From: Nemertoderma westbladi
Taxonomy: Eukaryota > Animalia > Xenacoelomorpha
Assembly: GCA_032718475.1 (NCBI GenBank)
Contig: JAUCBJ010001273.1
Coordinates: forward strand, 1 to 61,147
Reading direction: 5' to 3'
DNA: 61,147 nucleotides
Shown here: in pieces, positions 1-12,138 of the stretch
How positions within the stretch are numbered: position 1 is the first letter of the stretch
Layout: each line of letters begins with the position of its first letter
The notes under the pieces: model-generated
Database searches by the model: none
Told to the model about the DNA's origin: nothing
The model's input: only the letters and a program-made list of their open reading frames with translations
Made by a program: the position numbers and the translations under genes

Positions 1-224
1 AATCACAGAGTTGTTCAGTTAACATTCATTCCATAATGTAATATATATCGACTCTTGCCAGTAGCTATCTCCACAGTCGGTACCGTACTATTATAATATT
101 ATAATATAATAATAAAATATCATAAAAAATAATAAACCATCAATAATAATTAATAAGATTAATTAAAAGCTTGAAATTAATATTCTAGATAATAAAATCA
201 TCAGAACTACTGTATAACGATTTA

Positions 225-358
225 CGTCTGAAATTGCGTATTTGGTTCGGGTTTCGCATTCGTATCGCATGGTTCATCTATGTAACATTTCAGAATGCGT
301 TACGAATGCGTGAAATATGCGCCATCCCATGCGTTACGAATGCGGATTTTTTACTGGG
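225..358. mobile_element. Possible right end of a non-autonomous DNA transposon (subterminal repeats, ...TTTTTACTGGG terminus)
   Basis: Direct and inverted copies of ATGCGTTACGAATGCG end in TTTTTTACTGGG. No partner terminus is visible in the window. Confidence 0.3.
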
Positions 359-1642
359 GCTGCACCACTGGCTCACATGCAGCTCACCACTCAGTGGTAC
401 ACTTTTATAATCTTGATCATAATACCTATAAAAGTATAAGAATAATAATTAATACTTAATCAATAATACTCCTACTAATACGTGTTAATTTTAACAGATA
501 AGATACTATTGCTTTTCGACCCTACATGCAAAAACCGGCCATATTGTATTGTCATTGTATCTTGTTGCTCTTAATTTGTGTGTTATTTTAATTAATTTGA
601 TGTTGTTAGACCATTTTACCAATAATAGCCGCCGGGGCGTAAGCCGGATTTTTAAATTAAATGTACTCACAAACCTTTCTGTGGTGTAAATTAAACTGCA
701 CTGTAAATAAGTCATTCAACGAAATATACTGGATCTCAGAGAACTTAGAATGGTTTTGTTTCGTTAGTTCACAATCTAATAAGAAGTGGGTTTCATCTTG
801 TAGGCTAATATTATTACACCGTAATGTTAATACATGTTTCTGATTATTGTGAAATTGAAATGGCTAATTATTTTAAATCTGGAAATTTCGAATAGATACT
901 AAATAATTTTATAATGTAATTTTAATTAGTAGTTGATTATTAGTTACAGTTGTGTAAAATAAACTATCACCAGTCCAACAGTTAATATATACCAAACATT
1001 TATCAGCTTTGATTTGGCCTGTACTCTTTGTCCCAGAATGATGAGCAATTTTGGTTGCGCCACTGACATCAGCTATTGCTTGGTCTTTTCCTTGGGTCTC
1101 TGTATGAGGTGATGACAAGTTATCGGCGACCTCCAACATTGAATCAGGTGAAAAATCATCAAAAATAACTTTTACTACTTCAGTATTCGATAGGCTGTTG
1201 TAAATCATACAGGAACCGTCGATAAATCCGACAAGAATATCGTCACCGTTAATTGAACTTTTTTGAAAATCTTTTTTCTTAAACGTTGATACACATATAG
1301 TACTCCCGTTGCCTTCAAAGATATCTGTGCTGTACAATGATTGGTTGAAGACGTAGTATACACTATTGGCTAGAGTACCAACCAGCCAATCGCTTTCCAG
1401 AATAATGGGATTGTCCTGATCATCATCAGTTATATCATAGACATAAATCCGTCGATTTCGGGTTTCAATGATCAGTTTCCAGTCAATCTAAGAGGTAAAT
1501 TTAATAACTAGAAAAGCCAGCAAGTTGGATACCATAAAAACGTAATAACGAAACTGGCGAAAAAAAAAGGACACGAAAATATCTGATCCGGATCGATTCA
1601 AGTACATTCACATCATAAGGCTGACGCTTTATCGAGTGAGCA

Positions 1643-1745
1643 TAAATTAATTTATGGTCGACCAAATATCAATTTATGGTCGTCCAAAAATTAATTTATG
1701 GTCGACCAAATATTAATTTATGATCATCCAAAAATTAATTTATGG
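1643..1745. repeat. About 21-bp tandem repeat (AAATTAATTTATGGTCGACCA, about 5 copies), intronic; also at about 13374-13477
   Basis: Directly visible in both duplicated copies. Confidence 0.85.
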
Positions 1746-2343
1746 AAATTTGAATTTCCCGTTGGCTTGTAGGGCGAGGCTGCTGCTAAGCCCCAAAATT
1801 TAGTGGGTCAGTTGTTTCTCTTAGACAGAATCCCTGAAACAATATGTCTAGCGCGTCGAAAGTACTTGTCCCTAACTAAAATTATGTCCTCTTTCAGATT
1901 ATACAAATAAAAATTCAATATCTCAAGTAGTTTTCGGGATATGAGGAGTTCCTAGCACACATACCATAGCACAACACTTTTCGGGACTGATAAAATTACT
2001 CAATATACATCACACTTCAAAGACTTTGGTATAACCATTAAACCAATCTAAGCTTTTTGGTTTGCTGAATTCATTATTAGTAATCGAAAGCAAGATTAAA
2101 AGCAAAATTTCCATTCCTTCTACTTCAGTTACTGAGTATCTATATATGTTGGGGAGTTTCACATCAATCGCCATAAATTCTGATATTTTCATTCAGAAAG
2201 ACTTCTAAAAATGCAATGACGAAATGGTAGTGTACTTTGGGGTTCTTTATAAATCAATACTGAAAACAAAAAAAATAATTCAGCAGACTTAGGAACTGAC
2301 ATACTAGCATTAGACTGCTACCATAGGAAGTCAATGTCTACCT

Positions 2344-2891
2344 AAAAACTAGCCAGGATTTGGAAGTCACCGAGAATGAATCGGAAACTTAAGGTCCGAT
2401 TATTTAGAGCAGCAGTAGTTCCAGTACTCCTCTATGGGAGTCCATGCTGGGCTCTCTAACTGCTGTGGACACCAAATCTCTGGATGGCACATTCACAAGA
2501 ATGCTACGCCGGGTTCATTGTGTCAAGTACAATGCACACATCTCCAACCAGACACTATATAACATTGGAGGTGTCTCATTGGTTCCCCCAAGCTTGACAC
2601 TAGAACAAAATCGCCTTCGCTTTGCAGGACATTGCTTTCGCCGCGAGGACCAGCCAGTGCATAATCTTGTACTTTGGCAGCCTCATGGAGTGAATACGCA
2701 TGGTGGACAGCCCATGACTTTCTTGAGACGCATCTTAAAGGACACTGGCCTTGAAGATGCGGATGATCTAGCAAATGCCATGGGTGATAGGGAGTTGTGG
2801 CGGCGCAATTTTGTCGACAAGCCGGCACAGCATTCTTAAAAATACAGCTGCAATGCAGCATGCCGATACTAGTAGTAGTAGTAGTAGTTAA
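2344..2891 (+). mobile_element. 5'-truncated RTE-like non-LTR retrotransposon (3' end with (TAG)n tail)
   Basis: Encodes RIWKSPR..KLKVRLFRAAVVPVLLYG and TRMLRRV..RLRFAGHCFRREDQPVHNLVLWQPHG, the post-RT region typical of RTE elements. It ends in TAGTAGTAGTAG and is absent from the paralogous site at about 14075. Confidence 0.85.
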
Positions 2892-4889
2892 TACTAACCG
2901 TTTCTATGCGAGTTATTGACGTCTCATTTATTGCTGTGAATTTTTCAAAACATTTTGACATGTCTCTGCGATCGCAGCAATAAACACCCCCTGTAACTGA
3001 ACCAAGGTAAAGCCAATGTGTTGACACATGAAGACAATTGAATACTTCATTGTTTGGCTGAGTTGTTGATATAATCTCAAGAGTTTCTGCTTGTATGACT
3101 GTTATTGTTGATGCTTTCCTCTTGTTTGTCAGGATAACCAACTCTGTGTTATTGTTTGAAAGCTTCATATCCTTTGCAATATCGGAGAGCAAATCCAATC
3201 GTCTCAAAAACTGCAAATCGGAATGTGTATATACACAGACACCTAGAACCGACAATGTGTACACATTGTGCCCATCACTAACAACTTTTTTTGGTATATC
3301 GTTAGTAAACACAGAACATTTATACAAATTCTCCCCTTTTATTGGTAGATAATTGTGTTTACCTGATAAATAAGGCGCTAATTTGTGTACTATAGATGCT
3401 CTACTCATGGTTGTAACCTTGTTTTGGTAGAATTTTGAGAAACAAAATATTCTTAAAGATTTTACTGTTTCTTTGAGGTTGTTGTAATTATTGGAAAACC
3501 TACGCTTAAAACTGGCGATTGCCCCTGTTGTCTTCATTGCAGTAACAACTTGCATTTCCATCAATTCTTTTAATGCGAATATAATATATTTAGAACATAT
3601 TCACTTCATCGTATATTGAGAGAGTAGCAAAGAGACCCAATTCAACAGCCTTAACTCTATCATAAGGTGAAGGGGCTACCCCAACAGCCATATCAGCGTA
3701 CTCTTTAGCTTTCTTTAAATGTTCCAAAGCAACGGCTCTGTCATCTTCAGCCAGCATTACTGCTTGCTGTAAATTAAGATATCCAGCTTTTAACTCCTTC
3801 AGACGTAGTGCATCTACTCCTTCTTGGAGTTTTCGTACTTCTCCAAGGATAATGTCACGTAGTTGGTGGTCAACAACATCTCCTTCTTTTAGTTTCTCGG
3901 CAAGTGATTCTTTAACAAATACAACAATCAGACCAAAGGTAATTTTTCCAGCAAGAATGAAGGAATCTCCCATTAAGTATTATTACCAAATTATAATTAC
4001 AAATTATAAAAATATTTATAATAGTTACTTTTACTTAAAGAACCCGATATTGTAAGGAATGGGATACGGAATGTTATGTTTTTGAATATAGGAAAAGCTT
4101 ATATTTAAACTATTTTTCGAGTCATGGGAAAGTTTATTTAAAACTTAAGTTTTACATTTATGGTTTATTGTATGGGGCGAGCGACGAAAGTAAGCGAGCT
4201 TAGCAGTACCACTAACTCAATCGGTGTGTCTGTTGTTCTGGTGTTCTGTTGTTCTGTTTCCAAGTTGAATTTGCGTGGGGTCTTCGTGCAGCATCTGTGT
4301 AACTGTTTTACAGTTATAATAAAATAATCTACCCAAAAATTGCTATCAATTAAGGGAGAGAAGGGTACAGTTTACAGAGACTGTTTTTCTAATCAAAACA
4401 ATAGACAATTACATTAACAATGCACGGAAAGCAGCAGGTTACAGGTACACACGCCTTTCAAACCAAAACAATAAATGATCTGATGGATCTGATAATGAAA
4501 TGATGGAAAGGAACATGTTACAGGGGCAGGCTTTTCTATAACAGGTTACAGGGGCAGGCTTTTCTATCCATTACTATAAATCATCTCGTTAACTCGCTAA
4601 CCAAAGCAATAAACCATTTCGGTAAACAATGAAAAAATGTATGGAAAGGAACAGGATACATGGACAGGCTTCTCGAACCTAAATAATAAACGATTAAGTT
4701 ATATGAATATATTGAAGGAAAGAAACAGGTTACAGAGTAGGCTATATAAAAGATACCGTCTTCGGGTCGTTGGTCATTGACAACATATAAACAACTTCTT
4801 CATCTAAACAGCTTCCGACAGTCCGCTGTATCTGGACCCGAGCAGCCGAGTGGCATCAAGATGCGATTAACTGAGGAATAAATACTACA

Positions 4890-7800
4890 CAGTAATAAAA
4901 TTCTTGTTTAAGATTATTAAGTTTACCTATTAATTTACCCCGTTTCAACAAAATGTCATCTGAAAAACAGCACTTATAATCTAGCACATTGCCCAAATGG
5001 GTTGCCTTTTTAACCCAAGGCAAAACACTTTACAGTTGCTAAACAGTTTAAACAGGAATGTAAAACTGTGTTTTGCCTTGGGTTAAAAAGGCAACCCATT
5101 TGGGCAATGTGCTAGATTATAAGTGCTGTTTTTCAGATGACATTTTGTTGAAACGGGGTAAATTAATAGGTAAACTGTTTAGTCCTATTTAAACCTATAA
5201 CAATTAACGCAGTTGGCGGGTTCCAACATTTGCTAAAAGGGATACACTTACATTTACTTTTGGATTGGTCACTACTTACACTAAGTCGCAAACCAAATTC
5301 TCTACAAAACCTTTGGCATATATTAACCATAAACTGCAGACCGGACACTGATGGGCACAAAAGAAGAACATTATCAGCGTACGCCAAAACACCAAAATAA
5401 TGCCCTCCTACAAAACACCCCACCCTACAAGATCGCAGTGACTTAATTAATATATTCAATACCACACAAAACAAAATCGGGGAACAAACTGAACCCTGAC
5501 GCACTCCATTCGAAGTATTAAATTGAAAAGAGAGAGCGTTTAACCATTTAACTGAACAAATTCGGTTTTTATAAATAAATAACAGACATCTCAAATATAA
5601 GACAGAAAATCCCTTTTTAATTAGCTCTAGGAATAGTTTTGGCCATTCGACTAAATCAAAGGCCTTCGTGAAATCTAAAAGGCAGCCAAACACCGGTGTA
5701 GAATTACGAGAATAATAATTTATCACTTCAGAGGCGGACCAGGTGCACATGACTGTACTAGACTTTATGCGGAAACCAAATTGCAAATCGTCAAGACGCA
5801 ACTTGTCTCCTTGACTGATAAGCATTAACCATTCAAAAACTTTCAACAATAATGCACAGATAGCAATAGCTCTATAATTGTTATCATCAGATAAATCACC
5901 AAGATTATTTTTAACTATAGGAACAAACGAAATTGACAGTAAACTATTAGACACAAAACCGTGCGATAGAAAATAATTAAACAACTTTGCTAAATGACTT
6001 TCTAAAACGGGGCCACCATTAACTAATACACCAGAGTCAAAAGAATATGCCACATCAGATTTAGCATTTTTTAATTTCAAAAGGGCCTCGTGAACATCAG
6101 AAGTGGAAATAAATTCACTGTGACCCGCACAATTTTCACTACCTAGCAGGTGAACTTCATCGATTCTACTTTCAATTTCAATTCGAACTAAATTATCTAC
6201 TTCAATCATTTTATGCGTATTGGTACCGGATACAGGTTGGTTGTACAGATCCTGGACCCTTGCAAAATTATTCGCAATTTCTACTGGATCAGTACAGCCA
6301 CCCACTGAACCACTTACAACAGACTGATTACCTCGCAGTTTTTTAATCGCATCAAAAATGCATCCATTCCCAGACAAACAAGCATCCAAAATTTTATCAT
6401 GTTTAACCAAATTCTGAGTCCGCTTTAGCCTACGGACAGCATATTTATACTGTGCTCTAGACTGCCTACGCATGAAATTCAAATAACTATTGGCAACTGG
6501 TCTCCCAGCTGACCTCCAAACATCGAACCAGAACATAGCCTCCGTTTTGAAACCTTTCACATATTGGTTCCATCCTGGAATAGTACGAGATCTACCATTG
6601 GTCTGCTGACTTCCGCCAGTTTGAGGCAAACATGCTGCAGCTGTATCTAAAGCCTTTAAAATATCAAGCGAGTAATTATCAAAACAAAGTCGATGTTCTG
6701 GAGATGTGCACAACAAATCATTGCAATTAAAACAATCGGATTGTAAATTAATATTCTGAAGATTGGTATTTAAACTACTCAAAAATAGCGAGTTATCATC
6801 AGTGGAAGCTTTGGAAAACAAACTTCTAGAGGATTTCTCATTTTCAGCTACATCAAAATTTAACAAACCTACTTTAAATTTCATATATATTGCACTGTGG
6901 TTAAATAGATTTGAACCAGAATGTATAACATCAGCCTCATAACACGCATCTAGTACATCCCTACTCACAATAAAGTGATCTATAGTAGAACGATGTATGA
7001 CATTATCAAACATAAAAAGGTAAGTATAATCTATAGGGAATACATTCCACACGCGATAAAGCGCATTGTTTTCTAAAAAATCCTTTAAATATTGCACAGA
7101 AGCTGACGTACATAAGAAATCAGCATTTAAATCTCCCGCCCATATCACACTGGTACTAGACGTTCTTGATATGAACGACCCCCCTGACAGTTTATATTCT
7201 TCTAATATATAAACAAATTTGATTCGGGATCTGTAACCTGTATCTGTTTATATCATGTATTGGTTATATGTGATGGTTATATCATGTATTTATGTATTTT
7301 GTATTTAACACTATACTAGTGATGATGTGTATTCCCTGGGGGATGTATATTTTATTGACTGGGGGGATGTATATTTTATTGACTACCTAATTCTTATGTA
7401 TTTGTGCAACTGTACCTGTTGTATTTTATATATTGGTATGTGCTATGTACCATGATTTTAACCAAACCTATTTTAATATATGGCGCCATCGAGCGGCCTC
7501 TATACGAAAAAAAATAAAAAATGACATCGTCAATATCATTTAAAATACCCAGAAAGTCATCAGAAAGTGATTCCATGGTCCGTGAATCTGTCGGAAAATA
7601 TGTGTTTAAAAGTAAAACATTTCCACCCGGCAATTTCAACTCTAGTGCTTGCAAGCGTGGATTATTAGTTTTAACTACACGAATATATTTATTAGATATT
7701 GGTTTACACCATAAAATACAGAGGCCACCGCTGGGTCTACCTCTACCTACATTATCATCATTGAAATACGCTGGCACTGCATTGAAATTATGGTTGGGGA

Positions 7801-7895
7801 ATAAACCCTTAAATTTAGTGCAATTCGCTGACAACAAAAAATATTCCTGTAAGCATACAATTTTTGAACTGCATAACAATGCATTAATAAATGGC
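4890..7895 (-). mobile_element. Decayed non-LTR retrotransposon ORF2 (APE endonuclease + reverse transcriptase); clade uncertain
   Basis: APE motifs: IVCLQE, GRPSGG, NTYFP, AGDLNAD, IDHF, NHSAI. RT motifs: QFGF, LDFTKAFD, GVRQGSVCSP, YADN (YADD mutated). It continues as LPWVKKATHLGN..KRGKLIGKLN in 5028-4900. It is interrupted by about 350 bp of unrelated DNA (about 7173-7519) and by an inverted duplication. Confidence 0.9.
4920..5176. repeat. Perfect 109-bp inverted repeat (arms 4920-5028 and 5068-5176, 39-bp spacer)
   Basis: The arms are reverse complements by inspection. Confidence 0.95.
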
Positions 7896-7984
7896 GCTGG
7901 CGAAAATTCCCCGGGAAGTTTCGCCGGGGAGCATTTTCACCTGTGATACAGTAGTAGCGTTTAATAGAGTATTAAGTTGTATAA

Positions 7985-8185
7985 TGTGACTGTCAGACAG
8001 TTGATTTCAACATGCCTGTGCCAAAACATTCAAAATTTGTTGAATTCTGGACTGTCGGACAGTTGATTTCACTATGCCTGTGCCAAAACATAAAAAAATT
8101 GTTGATATCTTTATCTGTCAGACAGTTTAATTTACAATAATTGTGACAAAACTTTCAAAATTCCATGATTTATATACTATAAGAT
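7985..8185. repeat. Degenerate tandem repeat of about 62 bp (about 3 copies)
   Basis: CTGTCAGACAGTTGATTTCA..ATGCCTGTGCCAAAACAT recurs at about 7990, 8052 and 8115. Confidence 0.7.
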
Positions 8186-8302
8186 AGATTTCCATATGCG
8201 CCTGTCGTAAAAGACTCTAAATTTAATAGTTTGTGGTTCATGTCGATAATCGATTACCATATGACGTATCAAAACACTCATTTTATAGCCAAAAACAATT
8301 AC

Positions 8303-8945
8303 AAAACAATAAACGATCACTCTACCAATTGAGGGAAAAGAGCAGGTTCCAGTGCCGGGTTTTTCTAACCAAAATAATAAACGAACACTTTACCAATTGA
8401 GGGAAAGGAGCAGGTTACAGAGGCGGGTATTTCTAACCAAAACAATAAACGATCACTTTACCAATTGATGGAAAGGAGCAGGTTACAGAGGCGGGTATTT
8501 CTAACCAAAACAATAAACGATCACTTCACTAATTTAAAGAAAGGAGCAGGTTACAGAGGCGGGATTTTCTAACCAAAACAATAAACTATCACTTAACTAA
8601 TTTAGGGAAAGGAGCAGGTTACAGAGGCGAACCAAAACAATAAACAGTCACTTTACCAAATGAAGGAAAGGAGCAGGTTACAGAGGCGGGCCTTTCAAAC
8701 CAAACCAATAATAAACGATCACAATTACCAATTGAGGGAAAGTAGCAGGTTACAGAAGCGGGTGTTTCTAACCAAAACAATAAACGATCACTTAACTAAT
8801 TTAGGGAAAGGAGCAGGTTACAGAGGCGGGATTTTCTAACCAAAACAATAAACTATCACTTAACTAATTTAGGCAAAGTAGCAGGTTACAGAAGCGGGTG
8901 TTTCTAACCAAAACAATAAACGATACCACTTTACCAATTGAATAA
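8303..8945. repeat. 68-bp tandem repeat, about 9-10 copies
   Basis: The unit is approximately CTAACCAAAACAATAAACGATCACTTTACCAATTGAGGGAAAGGAGCAGGTTACAGAGGCGGGTATTT. AACCAAAA occurs at 8367, 8435 and 8503. More degenerate copies lie at about 4355-4740. Confidence 0.9.
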
Positions 8946-9493
8946 TAGGAGCATTTTACGGCGGCATTATTTTACATCATGTACAGTTGTAAATATCCTT
9001 TATTGGGACAACCTCTTTGCCTTTTAGCTAAAACCGGCCCGATATTTTCGATATCAGTGTGTTTTCGCTATCAAATGGGGAATAAGTAGATTTTTCGAAC
9101 ACATTGTATGTGGACTGATCTCTTAGTTTACAACTACATTATAGATACACAGATACGTACCACTACAGCTACCCATAACATTACAGTAGTCATGATCCAT
9201 TTTAAATGCATTATCCAGATATATATATCAATTATATAAAATTTATTAATTATTTAAAAGGTAGCGCGATCAGCCGGTACTAAAATTCTGAAATAAGTTT
9301 ATTAACTACCATCATTCTCTCATGTTTAGGCTCACTGTTTAGGCTACATAACAGAGTATCGGTATCTATTATCTATTGTACAGTAGCTGAGTAGTATAAT
9401 GCTATCTATATACAGATATAATTCTTTCTGAGGCATAGGCTTTATACCTACATACAATACTGCTCTATACTAATACCGATACTGATAGCCTAA

Positions 9494-9694
9494 GGACGCG
9501 TTTACACTACCGAGTCAAAGTCAAAGTCAAAAGAAAATAAATATAGCTAGCTAGCAATAATAAATAATAATACATTATATAGGCCCAATCAATATACATA
9601 AGGGCATTCTAGAAAATATTAAATTTCCTGTGATTATGTTTTACATTTTGTCTTTTGACTTTGACTTTGTCTCGGCAGTAGTGTGAACGCGGCC
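9494..9694. mobile_element. PIF/Harbinger-type MITE
   Basis: TIRs GGACGCGTTTACACTAC / GTAGTGTGAACGCGGCC with inverted (GTCAAA)n subterminal repeats. Flanked by TAA on both sides (9491-9493, 9695-9697). Confidence 0.8.
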
Positions 9695-10074
9695 TAAGAG
9701 AACAGCAGTAGTAGAGAAACCGGTAGCATGGAACTTAACCGTAAATTTCCGGCGGACATATAAAGTAAAAAAAAGGACATGAGTAATTTAAAAGGACAAG
9801 AAAAATTATTATCGTTTATTAATATTAACCTTCACTTTCTAGTGCTTTTAGGAATATTTAAATTAGGAAGACTTATATTTATTAAATAATTATTATATAT
9901 ATATGCAATAGGCTGCCCCATACGGAAATTTACCCATCCATAGTCCCAATATTAGAACAATGGTGACCTTTGATATCCAATTATTTATGTATCTATAGAT
10001 ACTGTTTGATTACATGTAGAAGTTATACAGTATGAGTAATAAGCGGTACTTACTCTGACACCAAGTGTAGTTAG

Positions 10075-10900
10075 TAGTCGTGGAATGGCGCTAACGGTGT
10101 TCCATATATTGCTGGGCTTGTTACTAATGTCCATCTATTTCCAATGTCATTGAACTTCATGGCAGTGTCTTGGATGTTCTTGGATGCAGATGATGTCGAT
10201 GTTATATTCCATTGCCAGAGCTACCATGTCACCCTGTTTGCTCTATGTGCTTTCAGTTTCAGTCATGTGTCCATTGTAGCAATTTTTAGTGTCTTTTTAT
10301 ATTATTTTTTTATTTTTTATTTACAACAATTTACTACAATACTACACAAATACAAGATATTAATATGCATGCAAGTTCAATTTGAATTAAGTATAATTTT
10401 TATAATTTTTACATTTCAACAGGTCGGTTCTTATTTCTTCTCTGTCTCCTGTTCCAGTAGCCACTTTTTTGGACCCACGCCTGGTGTACCACTGAGGGAC
10501 GCGGTCCTTGTTGACCCGGGCGACGACTGAGCCGGTATTTCTCCTGGAGGGTTCTCATACTTATATCTTTCAGTTGCGGGAGTAAACCGCTTGTGGTCGC
10601 AACTCCTACAAGCGTCTTCGCAGTAGGCCACCATCGGTTGATTACCTCCCGCCGACCTTGTCTGCATGGCTAGCCGTTGGTTGATTACCTTCCACCTCTC
10701 CATGGCCTACATCCCTGCTGCCGACTGTAGGTGTCCTTGTGTTACACCCTGAACCAGTTGTGCCTCCTGGGTTAGGTTACCTAACACTGGTAGATGAGCA
10801 TCCAGTATAGACGAGACATAGGAGTGTGCATTTATATTGCAGATGTATGCGTAAGCCTTTGCCTTCAATGGTGCCATAGGCACTGTAGCCCTCAATGACA
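10075..10900 (-). mobile_element. Degenerate 5' portion of an RTE-like LINE (endonuclease N-terminus plus presumed leader)
   Basis: The minus strand at about 10235-10085 gives MVALAMEYNIDIICIQEH, then after frameshifts MKFNDIGNRWTLVTS and WNTVSAI, matching the start of the RTE APE domain. Assigning the GC-richer 10430-10900 block to the same element is inference. Confidence 0.55.
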
Positions 10901-11689
10901 CATTTAGTTGATGGGGCTTACCAACCCACTCTTGATCAACTAAATAATGAATAGGCTACTGGCGCTGATCAGGCTGCCCTACTGGGCTGACAGCTACATG
11001 TAGTATCACATTACTGCCATAGTGGTAGCAGGATCTGGCGACCCTGACCTGACTGACTGATGTTTCCCCCCTGAGGCATGAAAAGATCAAGTAGTGCAAA
11101 TTTGATAATGAAATCACCACAAAATCAACTGGATTTTAAGACCATTGTAGGGATTACAACTTACCTGGATATCAAACCGGGGTAAAAACTAAAAGTTACC
11201 ACGGTTGCCTATCAACCACGACACTGTCTGACTGTTGTGCGAGATTACATACTGTACAGTTATTCATACGATTTAGTCTTTTTTGACATACCTACATGTA
11301 TTGCGATATACAGTCAGCAAACTAATTATATTTGAGAAATATACGTTTATTCGCTCTAGTGAGCGACCACTTCACCATATGGGTTTTTGGGATGCTGATC
11401 ACGAATATTGCATTATTGCATTATAATAATGTACATATTTATTACATATTTGTTACATACATATACATTGTTACATACATTATACATATATATACATTGA
11501 TACATACATGTTACATATTATAACATATTTATACAAAGGATTATTATTATCATATATTATATATTCTGAATTGGATTGAATTGAATTCTGAATTCGAATG
11601 AATATTATCATTGGCTCTATAATTAAATATATCTATTGTTACCAAACATTAAACATATTATTACAAATTATAACATTGGCAAACAGACA

Positions 11690-12138
11690 GACAGAAAACT
11701 CAGTCAACAGACAGACAGACAAGTCAGTAGTGCACTGTCCGGTCCCAGCCACGCAACCCGGCTCTGTCTCCAAGACCTAGTGAGCGCCACGAACCCCTGC
11801 CGCCATAGTGACAGAGGAAACTCGCCCAGAGGAGCGCGAATTGTAGACACCGCCTCACTCTACCTAGCACACATGCGATGCCACTCTCTCGCATCACTTG
11901 GTGCTTCGCGACAAAGACCTCTGCGATGTGCTTGATGAGGATCTGACCCTCGCGGCATCAGACCCCATCGACGTTCCTACTAGGGGAGTGAAGAACATCC
12001 TTCTATCCTCACAGATGGTGTGGTAATGCCTCTTCTTCTAGCAGCAGCGCTCCTAAAGCAACGACTTGGTGGATCAGTTGCCTTAGGTGTATGAGGTATT
12101 GCCTTAGGTGGTGGCTTCAGCACTGATAACCCGATTAC
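11690..12138 (-). mobile_element. Decayed 3' end of a CRE-like (restriction-like endonuclease) non-LTR retrotransposon
   Basis: The frameshifted minus-strand translation gives RVISAEA, KKRHYHTICEDRRMFFTPLV, LQFALL and RGSWRSLGLGDRAGL, resembling CRE C-termini. It is followed by a (CTGT)n-rich tail. Confidence 0.6.

Larger units (their letters stand above)
909..3973 (-). pseudogene. Frameshifted copy of the two-exon helical-domain + beta-propeller-like gene (exons 3973-2899, 1487-909)
   Basis: Near 3597 copy A reads TAGAACATATTCAC where copy B reads TAGAACATATATTCAC. This 2-bp loss splits exon 1 into ORFs 3590-3973 and 2869-3564. An RTE fragment is inserted about 7 nt into the intron. Exon 2 is still open. 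Confidence 0.75.
412..4171. repeat. Segmental duplication copy A (partner about 12139-15360)
   Basis: Colinear, near-identical sequence, with the same ORFs recurring in the track (506/12231, 909/12635, 2010/13742, 3095/14282). Copy A carries an extra LINE insertion of about 550 bp. Confidence 0.95.

Noticed and set aside
506-843. Short ORFs conserved between the duplicated copies (also 12231-12568)
   Set aside because: Conservation reflects the recent duplication. They lie in the 3' flank of the minus-strand gene.
10431-10901. Two in-frame ORFs separated by one TAG (possible read-through gene)
   Set aside because: No recognisable protein. It lies upstream of a decayed RTE endonuclease fragment and is better explained as element leader sequence.
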